Part shown: one piece after another, positions 37,934 through 48,690 of the stretch
Layout: every line of letters starts with the position of its first letter
Position numbering within the stretch: the stretch's first letter is position 1
From: a virus
Taxonomy: Duplodnaviria; Caudoviricetes
Virus record (IMG/VR): IMGVR_UViG_3300038345_000144
DNA length: 64,000 nt
Reading direction: 5' to 3' (one strand)
Position numbers and translations under genes: made by a program
Notes under the pieces: model-generated
Databases searched by the model: none
Seen by the model: the letters and a program-made list of their open reading frames with translations, nothing else
What the model was told of the DNA's origin: nothing

Positions 37934-39157
37934 TTAATCAGTGAAGTAAACGTGGCTTGTACCGACTTGCACTCCCGCCGAGTCAACCCAACAAATGGTC
38001 CAAGTACCACCTGGCACGGCTTGTTCATTTGGGAACTGCGGGCTACAATAACCAGTACCCGTATAGGAAACTACGGAATAGGCAACGGCTGTATATACTC
38101 CATCTAATCCATCTGACAATGACCAAGTAATATCACTTGCTTTGAAAGTTACTGTATCAGGAGAAGGATTTTCAGGTGTATAGTCATCATCACCGCCTGA
38201 CGAACCACCACCGCCACCACCAGAAGTAGGGGCTGGAGCCTCTGTTTCAGGGGGAGGTGCTTCCGTAGGTTCAGGTGTAGGAGTAGGTGTGGGGCTTGGT
38301 GTAGGAGTAGGTGTTGCTCTACCCTCTGCAACGGCTCTTTCTGCCTGCTCTTGCTCGAACTGGTCTCTTAATTCCTCATTCTCGAAAATATAAACTGTAA
38401 GTGTAGCAGTTGCTACATTTCCAGCCTCATCGGTTGCCGTATAAATTACTTCCAGAGTTCCAATTCCTGTTTGTGGGTTAAGTGGAGTATTCCAGTTACC
38501 CTCTGCAAAAGAACTCTCGATATTTTCTGTGAGCGTGTAATTATCCGTAATGCTCTCTACATAATCTAAAGCCTTGAAGTATTCACCTGTCTGAACACCC
38601 TGTACCAAAAAGGCACTTTCAGATGTGAGTGCAATAACAGGTGCAGTAGTATCAACAATGTTGACTACCAAGACCTTATCTGTTGTTTGAGCCTCATTTT
38701 GAGATAGATAATGTACCTCGTAAGATTTAATTATTTTTGTGTTTCTATCAATAGTTACTGGCGTGTACCAATCATACTTTGGAGCCACATAAGTCATCCA
38801 CCAATCCTCTGTACGAGCATAGGGGTTAACCGCACTACCACCTCTGATTTCGCATACAAATACCTTATTTTGAATATCTGCCATACTATCAGGGATAATG
38901 TAGTTCTTTGCGTCAAATTCTGTACCATATTCCAGATTTACATTGTCACTAACCAACATAACTGATGGGTTAGCAATAAGGTCAAAGAAATATGACCAGT
39001 TAAGTAAAATCAGTGTTAATGCCGAAACTAAAGTAACCACAACGCAAATTAAAGTTATCTTTGCGACATTACTTTGGTGTTGCTCATATAATACTAAATC
39101 CGCTTCACCAGAGTAATTCCACGATTGAATATTAGACACCTTTTTGTCTTTATTCAT
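37934..39157 (-). CDS. membrane-anchored Ig-like surface protein (paralog of 36734)
   Basis: TM; IVDTTAPVI..DNY..YTATDEAGN; PT linker. Confidence 0.8.
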   Translation of the reverse strand: MNKDKKVSNIQSWNYSGEADLVLYEQHQSNVAKITLICVVVTLVSALTLILLNWSYFFDLIANPSVMLVSDNVNLEYGTEFDAKNYIIPDSMADIQNKVFVCEIRGGSAVNPYARTEDWWMTYVAPKYDWYTPVTIDRNTKIIKSYEVHYLSQNEAQTTDKVLVVNIVDTTAPVIALTSESAFLVQGVQTGEYFKALDYVESITDNYTLTENIESSFAEGNWNTPLNPQTGIGTLEVIYTATDEAGNVATATLTVYIFENEELRDQFEQEQAERAVAEGRATPTPTPSPTPTPTPEPTEAPPPETEAPAPTSGGGGGGSSGGDDDYTPENPSPDTVTFKASDITWSLSDGLDGVYTAVAYSVVSYTGTGYCSPQFPNEQAVPGGTWTICWVDSAGVQVGTSHVYFTD

Positions 39158-40011
39158 ACGAAGTTACCTCCTCCGACAAATATTAAAGCGATTAAAACTA
39201 TATCAACTACTAAAATTGCTACATCAAGTAGCGTATTTGTTAAAGAGCCTGTTTTGATTGTAACAGGCGATAATTGTACCCTAAACCACATCTGTCCTTT
39301 GATTGGGAAAGGAAACAACAACGGACAACCGCTATCTGCGAAACAATCCTCTATCAAATGGTAGATATAGCCAAGTCCCAAGAGAATACCCAAGATATGA
39401 AGATGGGTATAATCAAGGAAAAACATATAGACAGTGGCAATAACAGGTAAAATATAACTCAACAGTTTAGGCAGTTTGAAGAACTTAATGATTTTTGAGA
39501 AAACCATATCAGAGCCTACCAAGACTGCCATAAACAGCATAAACATAAAGAATAGCATTACGGAGTTATTTTCCAAGAAACCCATAAAGGTCTGCTCTTT
39601 AATTGCTCCTATAATCGTTGAGTCATTGTCGGGTATTCCAAAGAAAAACATACAGAATATGCCGACACCTGATATTAAAGTATGCCAAAAATATCTATGT
39701 GGAAAATATGGGGACTGGCTATCCCTTCTCATATGACATAGTTGATATACTATCGTTGCCGTTGATTGCATAAAGATGGTGCAAATGCTACCCATAAACC
39801 CTAAAGTAGAGCCTGCACAACTTTGAGCATTGTCCAAATCAGGTAACAATGCACCACCTATCAATACAACCAAGCCTACTATAAAGAATAAAATATCCTT
39901 TTTAAGTAGTCCAAACATTTGTTGAAGGAACTCAATGGGTATAAGTAGAACTATGCTTAAAAGCATAACACTTAATAATGCGTGGGTTTTGCCCATAAAT
40001 CCCTTAATCAT
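39154..40011 (-). CDS. YdjM/DUF457-family metal-dependent membrane hydrolase
   Basis: GKTH, GALLPDLD, HR.FWH, GY..HL..D...SG.PLLFP. Confidence 0.85.
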   Translation of the reverse strand: MIKGFMGKTHALLSVMLLSIVLLIPIEFLQQMFGLLKKDILFFIVGLVVLIGGALLPDLDNAQSCAGSTLGFMGSICTIFMQSTATIVYQLCHMRRDSQSPYFPHRYFWHTLISGVGIFCMFFFGIPDNDSTIIGAIKEQTFMGFLENNSVMLFFMFMLFMAVLVGSDMVFSKIIKFFKLPKLLSYILPVIATVYMFFLDYTHLHILGILLGLGYIYHLIEDCFADSGCPLLFPFPIKGQMWFRVQLSPVTIKTGSLTNTLLDVAILVVDIVLIALIFVGGGNFV

Positions 40012-40043
40012 TTACTTAAGTTCCTTTCATCACTTATTTTTTG

Positions 40044-43000
40044 TTACATTTGAGCGTCGTGTCTGTTAGCGGTTGCTTCCCATTCATCACGGTCATAACC
40101 TGATTTTCCACGCTCTGCTCTTTCAGAAGATGTCCTACCGCCTCTGCCCATAATGTTGAAGTCCATTCTGTCGAGTTGCTCGGTTTCTCTCTTCTGTTCC
40201 TTCGGATTGACTGGAGCACTTGCCTTACCCATAATGTTCTCCTGTAACTGGGACATCATTCTGGTAGACTGTAATGCCTCTCTGTCTCTTGCGTAATCAG
40301 TCTTGGTTCCACCGTAATCACCATACGCATCGTCCCTTTGAGCCTTTGCGTCCTTACGGTTCTGTTTAGCCTCGGCTTTAGCCTGTTCTACCTTTGCTTT
40401 CGCACTGGCAATTGACTCGGCTTTTCTACGCTTCTCATCAGCATTTTTAGCCTTCATAGACTTTGCTCTTGCCAATTCTTCTTGTGCCTTTGTTACACTC
40501 TGCGTCTTATTGACAGAAGGAGTATGAACATTAGCAGTTTCACCAAATTCAACGGCTTTTCTTACCGCATCTTCAGTCTTCTTCTTGGCTTCGGCTTCAG
40601 TAGACATCTTAACACCCCTGTCAAGTTCAGACAACTGTTGCATATAAACTGCGGCTTGTTCAACTCTTGTAGTGTCAACCGTGTTTCTACCACCAACCTT
40701 GTTGTTAGCCTTAATTACATTATCGCCAGCACCATCGGTCTTGACTGTGGCATCAATAGCAGTCTGTAATGCTGTCTGCATCTCTGCCTTGTGAGCATTT
40801 TGAGCCTTGAGTGTAATAGCATTACGAGCCTTTTCTTCTAATGAGTTACCATCAGCCTTATCGAGTTCGGTCTGTGAAACAACTCCAGTAGAAGCAACAA
40901 CGCTTGCCACTGCATTTTCTCTAATCTGTTTAGCAAGTGCAGATTTCTTGTTAGACGCATCAAGATTTGCTTTACTAATGTTCTTATCCAATTCAGCCAT
41001 AGCATCGGAAAGAGCCTTTGCATTATCTTTGATTTGCTTAAGTTGAGCGTCTGTCTGAATAGCCTGCTCATCAACTCCAGCATCCTTGAGTGCTTGAATA
41101 CGCTTTGCATATTCTTTCTGTTGTTCTGCTACCTGATGAGACATAGCCATCTTCTGTTCAGTTCCGACTCTTGCTTGAGTCTTGAGGTTCTCAATTTCAG
41201 CAACAGAAGCCTTTTCTGCATCAGAGAGTTTATCAATATTGAAAATACCCTCTTTCTCGTTATACTTTTCATTAACTTGTGCAGTAACAGCACTGGTAAG
41301 TTTAGAGGTCTCTTCAGCAGTATCAGCCTTAATCTTGTTGTCAACAGCAGTAACTTGTGCCTTTGCCGCCTTTCTCAAATCACCAGCAACTTTTCTATCG
41401 TCTTTAAGTCTATCTTCTCTCAATTGAGCACCAATTTTAAGTGAGGACTGGTGAGATTGAGGGTCTACCAAGAAAGTATTGTTTGCTTGGTGCATAAGTT
41501 GTGACAAAGCATTACCTCTGTTAGACTTCTCAATAGCCTTACCGTTTTCATCATATCCAACAATCTTGGTTTTCTTGTCATAGTTGGTCATAGCATTGTT
41601 CATACCAGTTCTTGCATATTGCTTAATTCTGTTCTTTGCAGTAGCGAAAGAAGGTGAGATATTACGAGTAGTATTGTCTAACAATTCCTTAATCTTTTGC
41701 TGAATATAAGGGTTAAACTTAAGCATTAACAACAAAACGCCAAGAACTACGAGAAGTTGTAATACATTGGTTGATAACAAGGAAGATACCAAGAACAGTA
41801 TAAAGTCGAACAATACGCCATAGAAGAAAATCTCTATGATGGCAACCGCAACCATTCCCATAATGGTCCTACCTGTCTTAACCAACTTTTCTTTACCTGA
41901 AAGTATCATTGGTCCTGCAAAGGCAAAGCCTATCAAACCAAAGAATAATTCAAGTTTACCTATCAATACACCGAGGGCATATTTCCAAGTAACCATCATC
42001 AACAATATAAGAATTGCTGTGTATAGCAACATTGTCAACATACCAGCCCAACCGTTAGGGTGAGCCAAAGATAAGATAACACCCTTGATATTATCCTTCT
42101 TTGCTTGGTCGGAGGTAGCATTATAGGAAATTTGGAGTAAGGTAATCATAGAATTCAACTTCTGTTCAGCCGCCGCCGTGTTGGTTTCTGGATATTCCTT
42201 ATTTCTATAAGGTTTATTACCAGAAGCACCAGAGTCAGCATACCAGAAATAATAACCGAGGTTATTATCAAATTCATAGTAAGTATTAGCCCCACCATAA
42301 TTTATGCCGTACAAGTGTGAACAAACATTATTATCAGTTGAAGCACCGTAAGGCGAAATACCCAAGTTGGTAAATCTCAAATCATTGATGTCATCAACAC
42401 CAAACTGGGTACAAATCTGAAGGTCAATATAACCCTTATTTACGAGAGCCATTTCCTTCATTTGAGCGATTTTATTCTCATTGGCACTATCTGAAATTTG
42501 GTTAGTAAAACTGTTCGAACCACTCATAGCGTCTGCAATAGTTGACATTATGTTTGTTACACCGTTTGAGAGGGAAGAACCCAAACTTGCGATGTTACCT
42601 GTCAAACACATACCGATAATTAACATACCAACGAGGGCAGTAACTACGATACTTAAAACGCTCTGTTCTTTCTGTCCACCTTTAACATACTTCCATACGA
42701 AAGAAACAATACCAAATATAAAGAGGATAATCGCCGCACCCATAAAGATAGATAACTTACTGGTTTCAGAGTCCCAAATCATTACTGATGTGACCTTTGT
42801 CATTAAGTCGTCCAAGTGGAGTGCTGTGAGGATAAATCCTGTATCAATGTTCTTTGCGGAAACAATCAATGACAAAATCCAGATAACGAACTTTGCCAAG
42901 TAGTTCATACCCATATAGAAGAAGTTGGAGAAACCAATGCTTCCTGAACCTGAATTAGAGAGTGCATAAAGTCTTAATGACTTTACATTATCCTTATTGA

Positions 43001-43592
43001 CATTTTCAAGGTCGGCTAAAGTAACCATACCTGTATCTGTTGATGAAATGTCAGAACTATTTGATGATTTTGTACCATTTGAGGAACTACTAACTCCTGT
43101 GAAGTTAATAGGATTTATTCCCCAGAAGTTCTTACAACTTTCCATAATACCGCCAGATACATTATTTCTATCACCTGCTAAAGTCCAACCACTTGTTTCA
43201 CTGTGGTGTAAACCAGTACCTCTTTGAGCATAAATACCCTCGAAGGCATCAGTAGCGTAACCACCAGAGTAACAAGAGTCATAAGGAACCTCTCCATAAT
43301 ATTGAACAAGACCTCTTGTAGTACCATAAGCAATATCCATACTTACAGCAGTTACATTGGCTGTTTCACTATTATATGGGTAGGTATCGGCTTTACGATT
43401 ATCCATACCAGCATTTACATTGTACCAAGCCGAAGTGTGACTTGAAAAACCTTGTGATGCTGATACTTGGACTACGGAATAAACGCTTCCCGTAAGCAAA
43501 ATCAACACAACAAAAGCAATAGAACAATAGGTATTAAACTTTTGAAATGCCGTTTTCTGCTTTTGTCTTTTAACTTTTCTTAAAAGTCGCAT
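40044..43592 (-). CDS. large VirB6/TcpH-like polytopic conjugation membrane protein
   Basis: Signal/TM, multiple central TMs, long coiled-coil C-terminus; conjugation-gene context. Confidence 0.6.
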   Translation of the reverse strand: MRLLRKVKRQKQKTAFQKFNTYCSIAFVVLILLTGSVYSVVQVSASQGFSSHTSAWYNVNAGMDNRKADTYPYNSETANVTAVSMDIAYGTTRGLVQYYGEVPYDSCYSGGYATDAFEGIYAQRGTGLHHSETSGWTLAGDRNNVSGGIMESCKNFWGINPINFTGVSSSSNGTKSSNSSDISSTDTGMVTLADLENVNKDNVKSLRLYALSNSGSGSIGFSNFFYMGMNYLAKFVIWILSLIVSAKNIDTGFILTALHLDDLMTKVTSVMIWDSETSKLSIFMGAAIILFIFGIVSFVWKYVKGGQKEQSVLSIVVTALVGMLIIGMCLTGNIASLGSSLSNGVTNIMSTIADAMSGSNSFTNQISDSANENKIAQMKEMALVNKGYIDLQICTQFGVDDINDLRFTNLGISPYGASTDNNVCSHLYGINYGGANTYYEFDNNLGYYFWYADSGASGNKPYRNKEYPETNTAAAEQKLNSMITLLQISYNATSDQAKKDNIKGVILSLAHPNGWAGMLTMLLYTAILILLMMVTWKYALGVLIGKLELFFGLIGFAFAGPMILSGKEKLVKTGRTIMGMVAVAIIEIFFYGVLFDFILFLVSSLLSTNVLQLLVVLGVLLLMLKFNPYIQQKIKELLDNTTRNISPSFATAKNRIKQYARTGMNNAMTNYDKKTKIVGYDENGKAIEKSNRGNALSQLMHQANNTFLVDPQSHQSSLKIGAQLREDRLKDDRKVAGDLRKAAKAQVTAVDNKIKADTAEETSKLTSAVTAQVNEKYNEKEGIFNIDKLSDAEKASVAEIENLKTQARVGTEQKMAMSHQVAEQQKEYAKRIQALKDAGVDEQAIQTDAQLKQIKDNAKALSDAMAELDKNISKANLDASNKKSALAKQIRENAVASVVASTGVVSQTELDKADGNSLEEKARNAITLKAQNAHKAEMQTALQTAIDATVKTDGAGDNVIKANNKVGGRNTVDTTRVEQAAVYMQQLSELDRGVKMSTEAEAKKKTEDAVRKAVEFGETANVHTPSVNKTQSVTKAQEELARAKSMKAKNADEKRRKAESIASAKAKVEQAKAEAKQNRKDAKAQRDDAYGDYGGTKTDYARDREALQSTRMMSQLQENIMGKASAPVNPKEQKRETEQLDRMDFNIMGRGGRTSSERAERGKSGYDRDEWEATANRHDAQM

Positions 43593-43606
43593 AGCCTCTC
43601 CTTTCT

Positions 43607-44152
43607 TTAATTTGTACCTTCTGTGTAATCAGGTGTCCAAGCATTGGCTCCAGAGTCAATATAGTCAACATATTCTTTAGACGCACATCTCATATAGTTA
43701 TGGGTTGTATATGCGTCATAAGAAGCAACCATTTCTTCAGTATGTCCGTCCTCATAAGTAACAACTAAATAAGTACGGTCTTCATTTGAAGTAGGTAAGA
43801 TGCTTATGGTCTGTGCTGGAGAGTCAGTATAAATTTGACCTGCACATAGCGAGGAAATGTCGTACAAGTGGATTTTAACTTGGTCAGCCTTTTGTTCAGG
43901 GGTCAGATAGTTCAATCCAGACCAAGTAACTTCTTTATACTTGTAGGTTTCAATAATGACATTTCCAGACTCGTCCGTAGGCATCGCTGTTGACTCCGTA
44001 GGCGGGTGATAACCAACATAGTTATCTGCCGCATACTTGTCGGGAACAATAGGAGGAGCCTCCTTTGGTCTGTTACACATAACAAAAATAAAGACGGTTA
44101 TAAATATGGAAAATATAACCGCCAAAATAATAAGTATTCTTTTCTTTGACAT
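43607..44152 (-). CDS. membrane-anchored hypothetical protein
   Basis: N-terminal TM. Confidence 0.75.
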   Translation of the reverse strand: MSKKRILIILAVIFSIFITVFIFVMCNRPKEAPPIVPDKYAADNYVGYHPPTESTAMPTDESGNVIIETYKYKEVTWSGLNYLTPEQKADQVKIHLYDISSLCAGQIYTDSPAQTISILPTSNEDRTYLVVTYEDGHTEEMVASYDAYTTHNYMRCASKEYVDYIDSGANAWTPDYTEGTN

Positions 44153-44169
44153 AATTTCCCTCCGAGTGA

Positions 44170-45777
44170 TTATGATGTCGGGGTATTAACATCTTCTTCG
44201 ATGTACCAATAACCGTTCCAATCCTGCATATTTATCATTGACTGATAATACTGTGAAGCAATACAGAAACTACTGTTATCAGCAGGTCCCTCAAATCCTC
44301 CCCAACGACCTAAACCACTATCAACGATATAGAAAGTACCGTCTTCGTATTTAGTCCATAACATACCGTGAGCCATATCACCATTACTTAATACAAAACC
44401 TACCCCAGAAGGGTGAGTTTGGAGTAAGGAGATTAACTCTTGTTGAGAGGATGGAGCACCACTCTTAACCACCAAAGTTGCAGTAACACCGTCAATCGTA
44501 ATTGACCTTGTGTAACTACCGCAATTTACATACCATCTTGCCCATTTTCCAGGTCCAAGACAACCGTAACCAAAGACATCATAAACCCATTCAGTATTAT
44601 AGAAACGGCTCGCACCGTAACCTGAAGTACCCATATCATAGACATCTTCAGAGTAGTAGTAACCCCAGTTAGGAATATTACCCCAAGTTGATGTCATTTT
44701 TGTTCTTGAGTAGTGCGAAGTCGCAAACTGATACCAAGAACCTGTTTCGCTCATATGTCGCCTGTTTCCCGTACTACCACCATCGGTATTATCGCCTGTT
44801 TCATAGTAACTTGTCGTTACGCAGGAGATATAGTGATACCAGTCCTGTGCAGATTGGCTGTTTTCAGGGAATGAACCTGAAGCCAATTCTCCATTATCGT
44901 CCCACAAATAATCAAAGAAATTGACACCATTTGCGGTGAAATAACGCATATACAGGTTTAATGTAGCACACGAAGTACAAGGACCAGAACCGTCCTGAAT
45001 GATATAGTGTCCATTAAGTTCCTCAAGGTTCAGACCGCCAGATTGACAGTATTGCTTATAAAGAGGGCTGTTTTTCATACCTCTTGTGGCTTCCAACTCA
45101 CAATAATAGTGAGGTGTCTGTCCAACAATCGAGAAAACTCCCTTAAAGAACAAAAATGCGTTCCATAGTAAAGTAACTACTGCCGTGATAATAAGCACCC
45201 ACTTGAGAATAGGCAAAAGTGCCTTGATTTTTTCCTTAATGGCTGTAACTCGGCTCTTAATACGCTGAACAACCTTCATATTGTTCAAGCCTTCTTTTGC
45301 CTTCTCTTTAGTGAGTGTCTTTTTGGCTTCCCTAATCTTTTTGAGTTGCTCTTTTTTCTCGGCATCGTTCAGTACATCAGTGTTATTGATGGCATCACGC
45401 CTGCGATTAAGGTCTTTTCTTCCGTTATTCCACTCTTTAATGGTTTTACCCTGTTTATAAGTAGTGGTGTCCTCAATCTCTGCCTTTTTGGTTTCGATTT
45501 TCTGTGAAATTTGACCTTTAAGACCACCTTGAGTAGGGTTGTTGTCTGTATTGAGTTTTTCCTGAATAGGAGCAGTATTGGCTTTAGACGCTATAATTTC
45601 TTGAGCCTTTAACTGCTCATTCTTATTAGCAGATTTCAAAGCCTCAACCTGTTTCTGGTATTCAGCCTCAATTTCCTTTGTCTTTTTAGCCCTTAACTGC
45701 TTTTCCTTTTCTCTTACGGCTTTAACATAATCGGAGTGGCTGTCAAATACTTGGTCATCCAAATAATATCTTGCCAT
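44170..45777 (-). CDS. membrane-anchored C39/papain-like peptidase (possible VirB1 analogue)
   Basis: Coiled coil, TM, then Q..GPC, AHG and IVDS catalytic pattern. Confidence 0.65.
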   Translation of the reverse strand: MARYYLDDQVFDSHSDYVKAVREKEKQLRAKKTKEIEAEYQKQVEALKSANKNEQLKAQEIIASKANTAPIQEKLNTDNNPTQGGLKGQISQKIETKKAEIEDTTTYKQGKTIKEWNNGRKDLNRRRDAINNTDVLNDAEKKEQLKKIREAKKTLTKEKAKEGLNNMKVVQRIKSRVTAIKEKIKALLPILKWVLIITAVVTLLWNAFLFFKGVFSIVGQTPHYYCELEATRGMKNSPLYKQYCQSGGLNLEELNGHYIIQDGSGPCTSCATLNLYMRYFTANGVNFFDYLWDDNGELASGSFPENSQSAQDWYHYISCVTTSYYETGDNTDGGSTGNRRHMSETGSWYQFATSHYSRTKMTSTWGNIPNWGYYYSEDVYDMGTSGYGASRFYNTEWVYDVFGYGCLGPGKWARWYVNCGSYTRSITIDGVTATLVVKSGAPSSQQELISLLQTHPSGVGFVLSNGDMAHGMLWTKYEDGTFYIVDSGLGRWGGFEGPADNSSFCIASQYYQSMINMQDWNGYWYIEEDVNTPTS

Positions 45778-45795
45778 AGGTTATACCTCAATCAA

Positions 45796-46086
45796 TTATG
45801 CGTTTCTGCAAAACTCGTCGTAACTCTTCTTTTCTTTGGTACTCAATCCTTCAGAAAGAGAGTCCATAATCTTTCTAATCTTTGCAGAAGTCGCCTTTAC
45901 AGAGACATCAATATTTGTGTCTTTTTCATCATAGCCAGAAATATCAATGAACTTTGTGCTTCCTTCTTTTCTTATCTGAAAGGATGCCCCCTCCATAGTG
46001 TGGCAACACTTTCTCTTGCCCACATTTTCAGGCTTTGCCCTACATTCAGAGCATCCATTTCCATCTTTTCTTGGTCTAATCGGCAT
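45796..46086 (-). CDS. small protein with C-x-A-x-PEN-x-G-x3-CCH motif
   Basis: Motif shared with the N-terminus of 59628-60845. Confidence 0.75.
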   Translation of the reverse strand: MPIRPRKDGNGCSECRAKPENVGKRKCCHTMEGASFQIRKEGSTKFIDISGYDEKDTNIDVSVKATSAKIRKIMDSLSEGLSTKEKKSYDEFCRNA

Positions 46087-46102
46087 AAGATTTCTCCTTT
46101 CA

Positions 46103-47695
46103 TTAGAGTATTGATGTTATCTTATAGTTACCGCTACCCATATCTTCAAGTTTCATATACATATAGATTTCGTATGAGAAACCTTGAGGGGTAGTAATTG
46201 AGTAAACACAATAAGCGTTAAATCCTAATGCGTTTGCCTCTGTATAGTAATAGAACTCGTCTATACCATTAAATGTTGCACCCCAAGTCTCAAATTGTCT
46301 GTAATTTGCAAAGACATTGGTTGTTGCTGTTCCAGTATAAAGTTGTGTCAAGATATTAGAAACTTTCGCTCTAATGTCCAAAGCACCTTCTTGGTCGCCT
46401 AACAACTTATTCTTATCAAACTTAAGATTATCAGAAGGAATTGTCGTATTGAAGTCCTGTCTAATTCTACTAAAGTCTGTCATATCCATTTCCTGTAAGG
46501 AGTACATAGCCATCTGACCACAAGCCTCGTAAGCACTTACGGCAGTTGTATATTCACTTGCATAGTGTCCTTCAGGAATTTCTTTTGTAAGTTTACCGTC
46601 AATATCGTAATACTTAACATATTCAACAGGAAGAGTAAATGCGTATCTAACTCTGATGACCTGACCTCTCTGGTAGATATTACCATTAGCAGTCATATAA
46701 TACTCAACAGTTGTACCATCATTACCCTGTTGCTGTGCTTCTGTAACAGGAGCATTAGGTTCAGGTGTAGGGGTAGGTGCAGGAGTATTTACGGGTTCAA
46801 GTGTAGGCTGTTCAGCCATAACAATCATACCGCCTTCGCCATCGAGTTTAGGCATCCAGTTCTCATCGAATTCTGCAACTTGAGCGTGGTTAGCACTGTC
46901 TAATTTCAATGTGCCATCTTCGTTTACTGCATAGTAATACATATGCCCTTCGGCATCAGTAGCAGGGCTACCATCTGTATTCTGTGCATAAACGAGGAAG
47001 TGTCCTACGCTGTCGGTCTTATTTGTACCATCTTCATTGAGTTGATAGAACAAAAATCTTCCGTCAACTGTGACAATAGGAGCACCGTTAGCCATCTTGA
47101 TACAGTTAGCAGGAGCAGTATTTGTCTGACCCTGTTCAACTGGTGCGTCAGGCTCTTGTTGTGCATTAAGACCACTCTTCATTAACTGGTTGATTAACTC
47201 TTCATCAGTAATTCTGATGTCTTTTTCAACCATAACAACATCTGCACTGAAGAATACCTCGACCATAGTATTTGAATACTTCTTAATCTTGGAAACTTCT
47301 ACTGTATCAGGGTCAATATTTGCTGATACATAAGTATTTCTGTTGTATTGAACATACTGCTGGAATAATGAGTCAGCATTATCTCTTACATAGTTCGGAA
47401 TACCCTCACAAGGGAACTTGTTACCAACACTATTAGCAATCGCTCTGACCTCTTCCTGTGTCAAAGGGTGCTTAAAGAATGTGTTATAAGTACCAAATGT
47501 GAGTAAAGCAACACCAAATATCGTCAATAATGAAATAACGATAAATTTACTGGTCTTTTGCTTCTTGTGAAGGGCAAGTATCTTTCTCTGCCTCTCCATT
47601 TGGCTCTGCTGAATAGCCTCTTCGATTTCTCTCTGCTTTTGTGCCTCTTCAGCCTGTACCTGTTCTGGAGTTTTGGATAGGTTTAACTTTGCCAT
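46103..47695 (-). CDS. TcpC/VirB8-like bitopic conjugation protein
   Basis: Cytoplasmic N-terminus, one TM, large extracellular region with Y..N.DG(T/S) repeats; context. Confidence 0.5.
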   Translation of the reverse strand: MAKLNLSKTPEQVQAEEAQKQREIEEAIQQSQMERQRKILALHKKQKTSKFIVISLLTIFGVALLTFGTYNTFFKHPLTQEEVRAIANSVGNKFPCEGIPNYVRDNADSLFQQYVQYNRNTYVSANIDPDTVEVSKIKKYSNTMVEVFFSADVVMVEKDIRITDEELINQLMKSGLNAQQEPDAPVEQGQTNTAPANCIKMANGAPIVTVDGRFLFYQLNEDGTNKTDSVGHFLVYAQNTDGSPATDAEGHMYYYAVNEDGTLKLDSANHAQVAEFDENWMPKLDGEGGMIVMAEQPTLEPVNTPAPTPTPEPNAPVTEAQQQGNDGTTVEYYMTANGNIYQRGQVIRVRYAFTLPVEYVKYYDIDGKLTKEIPEGHYASEYTTAVSAYEACGQMAMYSLQEMDMTDFSRIRQDFNTTIPSDNLKFDKNKLLGDQEGALDIRAKVSNILTQLYTGTATTNVFANYRQFETWGATFNGIDEFYYYTEANALGFNAYCVYSITTPQGFSYEIYMYMKLEDMGSGNYKITSIL

Positions 47696-47722
47696 ATATA
47701 AAAATTACCTCCAATTCAAAAG

Positions 47723-48085
47723 TTAAATGGTTATTTTTCCAGCGACAATATCATCTAAATATTGTCCTGCTTCGTCCTCTGACATAGATAAACTATCAGC
47801 GTCAAAGGAACTTGTTTGCTCAAATAAGCACTCGGCTACTATCTGTTCCTCTTCGTTTGGAGCGACTAACTCTCTCATTTCGGCAAGGCTACTGTAATAA
47901 GTAGCAATAATGCTTTGAGCCTCTTTATTCCACTCTCCGTCACTATCTTTCCAATCTCGAATGTCAATAGTATCAGTTGAGGAAATCATAAGGTCATCGG
48001 CTTGATTAAACTCGATGAATTCATAGGTGAATTTGTCTAACTTACGACAAATCTGAAAATCGTCAGTTGCGAACCAATCTTCCAT
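47723..48085 (-). CDS. hypothetical protein
   Basis: 120 aa acidic ORF. Confidence 0.75.
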   Translation of the reverse strand: MEDWFATDDFQICRKLDKFTYEFIEFNQADDLMISSTDTIDIRDWKDSDGEWNKEAQSIIATYYSSLAEMRELVAPNEEEQIVAECLFEQTSSFDADSLSMSEDEAGQYLDDIVAGKITI

Positions 48086-48086
48086 A

Positions 48087-48476
48087 TTATTTTCCCTTTC
48101 TCTGTAAAAATATCAAATATCCTTTATCTATATCATCATCGTCTATCGGGATAATATCAGCAGGGTTTTCGGGATTAGGACGGAGCCACACTCGATATTC
48201 AGTATCGTCTAAAGCCTTTTCCTGCTCTACCAGATATTTCATCATATCCGTAGCCTGAATGAAGTGTCTGTTGTCAATAAGGTCGATGATTTCATTGATT
48301 ATATCCATCTGACTACCAGCCAAATGCTCATCCCTGTCATCATTGTACCCGTCTTCCAGTGATACCAGACATTCTTCTCTCAAATCGTCATCTATCTCGC
48401 TTACACCACGATTACGGAAATCTTCAAAAATATCGTACAAAAGTTCGATAATCAAATCAGCATTAACATTAGCCAT
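48087..48476 (-). CDS. hypothetical protein
   Basis: AAGGAG RBS, 129 aa. Confidence 0.75.
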   Translation of the reverse strand: MANVNADLIIELLYDIFEDFRNRGVSEIDDDLREECLVSLEDGYNDDRDEHLAGSQMDIINEIIDLIDNRHFIQATDMMKYLVEQEKALDDTEYRVWLRPNPENPADIIPIDDDDIDKGYLIFLQRKGK

Positions 48477-48610
48477 ATCCGTATGTGTTCTCCTTTGCTG
48501 TTTATCTTCTCATAATTCTATTATATATAAATAGTCGTTCATTTTAATCAAAATGACATATTGCCAGACCGCCCGTAGCGTATCTGTAACATTCGACTCA
48601 TTGTATTCAA

Positions 48611-48651
48611 AGTAAAAGGGGAACTACACTTTTTACGGTGTAATTCCCCTT
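48611..48651 (-). terminator. terminator after giant adhesin gene
   Basis: AAGGGGAACTACAC/GTGTAATTCCCCTT stem and T-run. Confidence 0.7.
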
Positions 48652-48690
48652 CTTTTAACCTAATTTATGCGATTTCTCGCTTAATTTTGG

